Origin: a virus
Direction: 5' to 3' (one strand)
IMG/VR virus record: IMGVR_UViG_3300017758_000003
Span: 1-64,000 of that record
DNA: 64,000 nt
Positions 59,570-64,000 of the stretch are shown here, piece after piece (positions within the stretch are counted from its first letter, which is position 1; every line of letters starts with the position of its first letter). The translations under genes were made by a program, and so were the position numbers. The notes under the pieces were generated by a model, which saw only the letters and a list, made by a program, of their open reading frames with translations, did no database searches and had not been told where the DNA came from.

Positions 59570-59947
59570 TTAAACTCTATCATAGTCATCCTCTACTCTT
59601 ATAATATCATCTTCACCGAAGTAATCACCTGTTTGAACTTCTATAAATTCAATAATCTCATCAGTTTCATTTATCGCTCTGTGTCTACCCCCTAAAGGTA
59701 TTCTTATACTTTCACCGTAAGATCTAAATATCTTTTGGTCGTCTAATATTATCGATAGTTCACCTTTAATTACTGTCCATGATTCCCTTCTTCTTAAGTG
59801 GTATTGATATGAGAGTTTAGAATTGGGGTTTATTCTTATATGTTTTACTTTAACATTTTCGTTTTCAAATAATATTGTATAGTCACCCCACGGGCAATCA
59901 ACTTTTGATTTGTCTACACCTTTCCACTTTATATCTATCATATTCAT
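59570..59947 (-). CDS. cupin, mannose-6-phosphate isomerase type II C-terminal-like
   Basis: PWG.Y, LSYQYH..RRESW, IEVQTGDYFGEDDIIR; start at 59947 or 59941. Confidence 0.85.
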   Translation of the reverse strand: MNMIDIKWKGVDKSKVDCPWGDYTILFENENVKVKHIRINPNSKLSYQYHLRRRESWTVIKGELSIILDDQKIFRSYGESIRIPLGGRHRAINETDEIIEFIEVQTGDYFGEDDIIRVEDDYDRV

Positions 59948-59961
59948 AAATATACCTTGGG

Positions 59962-60038
59962 TTGGGAAGATGGGGATTGAACCCATATGTAACCAATTAC
60001 TCTTTCTACTGCGTATAAGACAGAGGAGATACTTCCCA
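59962..60038 (-). tRNA. atypical D-armless tRNA-like RNA, anticodon UAU (Ile?)
   Basis: Acceptor TGGGAAG/CTTCCCA, T arm ATGGG-TTCAATC-CCCAT, anticodon loop CTTATAC, no D arm. Confidence 0.55.
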
Positions 60039-60044
60039 ATATAG

Positions 60045-60123
<79 letters not shown>

Positions 60124-60209
60124 TACCGAAGGACGGACTCGAACCGTCACGGACATTACTGTCCAAGGGATTTTAAGTCCCTCGTGTCTACCAATTCCAC
60201 CACTTCGGC
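60124..60209 (-). tRNA. tRNA-Leu(UAA)
   Basis: AGGGA-CTTAAAA-TCCCT, long variable arm. Confidence 0.95.
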
Positions 60210-60321
60210 ATGGTGTAAATGTATGAACCAAATTATTTAGAATCAACCCCCCACCCCATATAAACAAAAAAACCCCACATTTCTGTGGGGTTTACTATCA
60301 TTCTTTAACGTTTATTTTTGA

Positions 60322-60645
60322 CTATTCAGTCAACAACTGTTTAGATGTTTTTACGGGTTCACACCCATCTTTATCGATCTTAGTTAACCTATTCTCGAAC
60401 TTATCAAATCTACTGTCAATGTGACGATATAGATTATCAATTTGATTGTTGAGGTCTTTCACCTCACCATCCACCCTAAGGTGGATCTCTCTTTGATTAT
60501 TGTCTAAATCTAATTGTGTTCCATTTATGACTTCCTCGAAATCATTGGAACGTTGTTTAACCTTAAATATACCTACTATAGCATACCCTAAACCGAGCAC
60601 ACCAATTGATGTAAACATACCTAAAACGAATTCTAAATTTTCCAT
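60322..60645 (-). CDS. single-TM coiled-coil protein
   Basis: N-terminal TM, heptad tail. Confidence 0.65.
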   Translation of the reverse strand: MENLEFVLGMFTSIGVLGLGYAIVGIFKVKQRSNDFEEVINGTQLDLDNNQREIHLRVDGEVKDLNNQIDNLYRHIDSRFDKFENRLTKIDKDGCEPVKTSKQLLTE

Positions 60646-60688
60646 AATTTATAATTTTAATTTAATTTATGTCAAAGAACGATAGTTG

Positions 60689-60760
60689 TACTCCGTAGGA
60701 GAATCGAACTCCTATTACCAGGATGAAAACCTGGCGTCCTAACCGTTAGACGAACGGAGC
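60689..60760 (-). tRNA. tRNA-Glu(UUC)
   Basis: CCAGG-TTTTCAT-CCTGG. Confidence 0.95.
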
Positions 60761-60869
60761 ATCTGTCTAAAATAAATAATAAGAAATATAATTTAGATAA
60801 TCAATCCCATAGTTCCGACTATTTATATATTAGGGTGAATGACCCATTAAAAAAGTAAAAATAAAAATT

Positions 60870-61112
60870 ATGGCATTTAAAGACTTATTTAAAGACGAAA
60901 ACGACATTAATGAAAAATCTGTCGTTGGATTTGCATCATTTGCAATTATGACTTTGTTCGCACTTGCAGATTTACTTACAGGGTATTTTGGTACAGACCT
61001 TGTAATCAATGAGTTTATCTATAACTCATTCGTAGTTATTACATTAGGTTCTTTTGGTATTGCTGAAGTTGGTAAAATCTTTGGTAAAAAAGGACAAGAA
61101 GGACAAGAATAA
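60870..61112 (+). CDS. holin-like two-TM protein
   Basis: Two TM segments, directly upstream of the endolysin. Confidence 0.55.
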   Translation: MAFKDLFKDENDINEKSVVGFASFAIMTLFALADLLTGYFGTDLVINEFIYNSFVVITLGSFGIAEVGKIFGKKGQEGQE

Positions 61113-61122
61113 AAAACAAAGA

Positions 61123-62004
61123 ATGATTTTAAAAATTGGATCAAGAGGAAAAGAAGTCAAAGAACTTCAAGAATTTCTTGAAATCGGAGCGGATGGTGTC
61201 TTCGGTTCAGGAACTGAATCTGCAGTTAAGAAATGGCAGTCCGAAAATGGTTTGGGGAGTGACGGTATTGTCGGTCCTGCCACTTGGGATGCTATGGGTA
61301 TTGCTACTACTGATAATTCAGAAAAAATATATGAAACGGAAAATGGATTGATTGTTAATAGACATCTTTTACCTGTGGGGGAATATAAACAAGGTCCCAC
61401 AAATAAAGAATATGTTTTCATACACCACACAGCGGGGTGGCATAATCCATATAATTGTATTGACCAATGGGCCAGAGATACTAGAGGTGCGGTAGCCACT
61501 GAATTTGTATTAGGTGGTCCGTCCGTAAAAGGTAACGACACTAAATATGATGGAGAAATGGTACAATGTATACCCGAGGGTGGATACGGTTGGCATTTAG
61601 GAAAAAATGGTTCACGACACATGCACACACACTCAGTTGGTATCGAGGTTTGTAACTTCGGTTGGGTTAAGAATGGTAAAACATACGCAGGTACAAGAGT
61701 ACACGAAAGTCAATTAGTTACACTTGACCAAGAGTTTAGAGGACACAAAACATGGCATCGTTATTCTGATACACAAATAGAATCACTAAGAAAGTGGATT
61801 TTATGGGTTGGTGAGAGAGATTCAATAGATGTTCGTAAAGGTTTACCTGAATCAATTAAAAAAATTGGTGTCTCCGCATTTGAATTTAATGAAGATGCAT
61901 ACTACGGTAGAATCAAAGGGTTATGGACCCATACTAACACTCGTAAAGATAAGGTTGACATGTTCCCACAAAAAGAGTTGGTAGACATGTTAGTTAGTTT
62001 ATAG
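61123..62004 (+). CDS. endolysin: PG-binding domain + N-acetylmuramoyl-L-alanine amidase
   Basis: LKIGSRG..ADGVFG..DGIVGPATW; IHHTAG, WHLG, SVGIEVCN, HTN..KVD. Confidence 0.85.
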   Translation: MILKIGSRGKEVKELQEFLEIGADGVFGSGTESAVKKWQSENGLGSDGIVGPATWDAMGIATTDNSEKIYETENGLIVNRHLLPVGEYKQGPTNKEYVFIHHTAGWHNPYNCIDQWARDTRGAVATEFVLGGPSVKGNDTKYDGEMVQCIPEGGYGWHLGKNGSRHMHTHSVGIEVCNFGWVKNGKTYAGTRVHESQLVTLDQEFRGHKTWHRYSDTQIESLRKWILWVGERDSIDVRKGLPESIKKIGVSAFEFNEDAYYGRIKGLWTHTNTRKDKVDMFPQKELVDMLVSL

Positions 62005-62006
62005 GG

Positions 62007-62114
62007 CAAAAATAAACCCCAACAAGGATTGCTGGGGTTTTAGGTCTTCAACGGTTTCAACACCATTGATTAACGAGAAAAACGAGAAGGTTATCGGCAA
62101 AGAGAACCTCTGAT
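62007..62114 (-). ncRNA. putative late small RNA 2, partly antisense to RNA 1
   Basis: TATTTAT (minus) at 62117-62123; three hairpins whose G-U pairs work only on the minus strand; terminator 62007-62040. Confidence 0.55.
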
Positions 62115-62154
62115 GTATAAATATATATAAAAATCAAAAAAGTTACGATATCTC

Positions 62155-63999
62155 CTAAATTAGGGGTAAATTTCCTAAAAAAGTTAAAGAATCATTTTCG
62201 TACTTGATCTCCACTGTCGTGTTTTCTACAATTTGACCTAATAAAATTTGATCACTTATAAAGTCTTCACACATATTTTGTATAATTCTCCTAATAGGTC
62301 TTGCACCATATTCCTCTTCAGAATTTCTTGAAAGAATTTCCTTATACACTGTTGGATGAAATTTTATATTGTAATTCTTATCTCTCAATCTACTCTTCAA
62401 TTTGTTCATTTCGATAGTGACAATCTTCTTCAAAGACTTATTATCTAATTTATTGAATACGATTATATCATCAACCCTATTGAGAAACTCAGGACTAAAT
62501 TGTTGTTTCAAAGATTTTCTAATTATAGAGTCTTTAACCTTTTCTCTATTAGTTCCATCGTCAAAACCTACACCACTACCAAAATCAGCAACTTTTTTAG
62601 CACCGATATTAGATGTCATGATTATTAAAGTATTTGTAAAGTTTACTTTTCTACCGAAAGAATCAGTTAAATGTCCTTCGTCCAAAATTTGAAGTAATAA
62701 ATTAAAAACGTCTTTATGTGCCTTTTCAATCTCATCAAATAGTATAACAGAGAAAGGATTGTTTTTAATTTTTTCTGTTAATTGACCACCTTCATCATAA
62801 CCAACATACCCTGGTGGAGAACCAATTAGTTTTGATAAATTATGTTTCTCCATAAACTCACTCATATCAACCCTGATTATTTTTTCGGGATCATTGAATA
62901 GTGTTTCGGCTAAAGTTTTTGCGAGGTAAGTTTTTCCCACCCCCGTTGAACCTAAGAACATGAATGACCCAATCGGTCTATTAGAACCTCTAACACCAAC
63001 TCTATTTCTTCTTATCGCTTTAGAGATTGTTGCGATGGCATCGTGTTGTCCGATAACCTTTTTCGTTATGTGGTTCTCTAAATTGAGTAAGTTTTTAGAT
63101 TCTTTAGTATCGAGTTTATTGATGGGTACACCAACAGTATCACTTATCATTTCGTAAACATCATCAATATCGATAGGTTTCTTATTTTGTTTTTGTTCTT
63201 CATTCCATTTCCTTTTCTCAGTTTCCAATTTTTTGAGGACGTTCTTTTCTTGATCTCTTAGATTTGCCGCCAGTTCATAGTTTTGGTCTTTAACTACTTC
63301 AAGTTTCTGAAGTTTAATGTCTTCCGCATTTTTTTTCAATTTTTCTATTGAGTCAGGAACTTTCACAGTAATTTTCTTTTCAGAACCCAACTCGTCTAAT
63401 ATGTCAATTGCCTTATCGGGAAATTGTTTGTCTGTTATATATCTCTTTGATAATTTGACTATGGTTTCAATAACACCTTTAGTATATAAGACCCTATGAT
63501 AATCCTCGTAAGATAATTTTAAGTTCTTTAATATTTCAGTAGTCTCATCAGATGTTGGTTCTCTAAGGATAATTTTTTGGAATCTTCTAACCAACGCACC
63601 ATCTTTCTCAATGTTCTTTTTAAATTCATCGAAAGTGGTTGCCCCAATACATTGTATTTCACCTCGGGCTAATGCGGGTTTAAGTATGTTTGCTGCATCC
63701 ATAGAACCTGAAGCATTACCTGCACCCACCATCGTGTGTAATTCATCAATGAATACAATTACGTTTGGTGCATCTTCTAATTCATTTAGTATTGCCTTGA
63801 TTCTCTCCTCGAATTGTCCACGGTATTTTGTTCCCGCAACCAATGCCGTTAGATCAAGTGCCATAATCCTCTTATCTAACAAGTTAGTTGGACAGGTACC
63901 TTCTGTTATCATAATTGCCAATTTTTCAACAAGTGCGGACTTACCGACACCCGCTTCACCGACAATAACAACATTATTTTTCTTTTTCCTTGATAGGAT
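62155..63999 (-). CDS. clpC: ClpC-type AAA+ chaperone (5' end outside window)
   Basis: GEAGVGKS and GSTGVGKT Walker A motifs, GTKYRGQFEER, UVR middle domain (QNYELAANLRD), GVGF ClpP-docking loop, GARPIRR. Confidence 0.9.
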   Translation of the reverse strand: MLSRKKKNNVVIVGEAGVGKSALVEKLAIMITEGTCPTNLLDKRIMALDLTALVAGTKYRGQFEERIKAILNELEDAPNVIVFIDELHTMVGAGNASGSMDAANILKPALARGEIQCIGATTFDEFKKNIEKDGALVRRFQKIILREPTSDETTEILKNLKLSYEDYHRVLYTKGVIETIVKLSKRYITDKQFPDKAIDILDELGSEKKITVKVPDSIEKLKKNAEDIKLQKLEVVKDQNYELAANLRDQEKNVLKKLETEKRKWNEEQKQNKKPIDIDDVYEMISDTVGVPINKLDTKESKNLLNLENHITKKVIGQHDAIATISKAIRRNRVGVRGSNRPIGSFMFLGSTGVGKTYLAKTLAETLFNDPEKIIRVDMSEFMEKHNLSKLIGSPPGYVGYDEGGQLTEKIKNNPFSVILFDEIEKAHKDVFNLLLQILDEGHLTDSFGRKVNFTNTLIIMTSNIGAKKVADFGSGVGFDDGTNREKVKDSIIRKSLKQQFSPEFLNRVDDIIVFNKLDNKSLKKIVTIEMNKLKSRLRDKNYNIKFHPTVYKEILSRNSEEEYGARPIRRIIQNMCEDFISDQILLGQIVENTTVEIKYENDSLTFLGNLPLI

Positions 64000-64000
64000 C

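Overview
AT-rich segment of a large tailed phage (jumbo-type) with a Bacteroidota/Flavobacteriia host, inferred from TTTG-N19/20-TAnnTTTG promoters, AT-rich leaders without SD sequences and a Bacteroidota-type tmRNA. It uses the standard genetic code. Layout: (i) ~2.4-16.8 kb is a minus-strand early/host-takeover module of small genes, most with their own host-type promoter and intrinsic terminator, bounded by motif-rich non-coding gaps at ~1.85-2.45 kb and ~16.5-17.0 kb; (ii) 17-64 kb mixes sugar-nucleotide and glycosyltransferase genes, auxiliary enzymes, TATTTAT-preceded putative late/virion genes sharing an N-terminal 'MKxIxLTExQL' motif, lysis genes, a tmRNA, three canonical tRNAs, one D-armless tRNA-like gene and a partial clpC. 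Best candidate novel system: ~40 copies of a TGCCRAWTAVAWT box confined to the early module, nearly all followed by a 20-35 bp tract of overlapping restriction-modification recognition sites, suggesting a bait/decoy anti-restriction array. Other highlights: two orphan early small RNAs antisense to early-gene leaders, a complementary pair of late small RNAs (one carrying an 11-nt match to the 16S rRNA 3' tail), a tmRNA with an atypical 22-residue tag, and UVR-motif candidate ClpC adaptors. All assignments are by eye and none were confirmed by database search.
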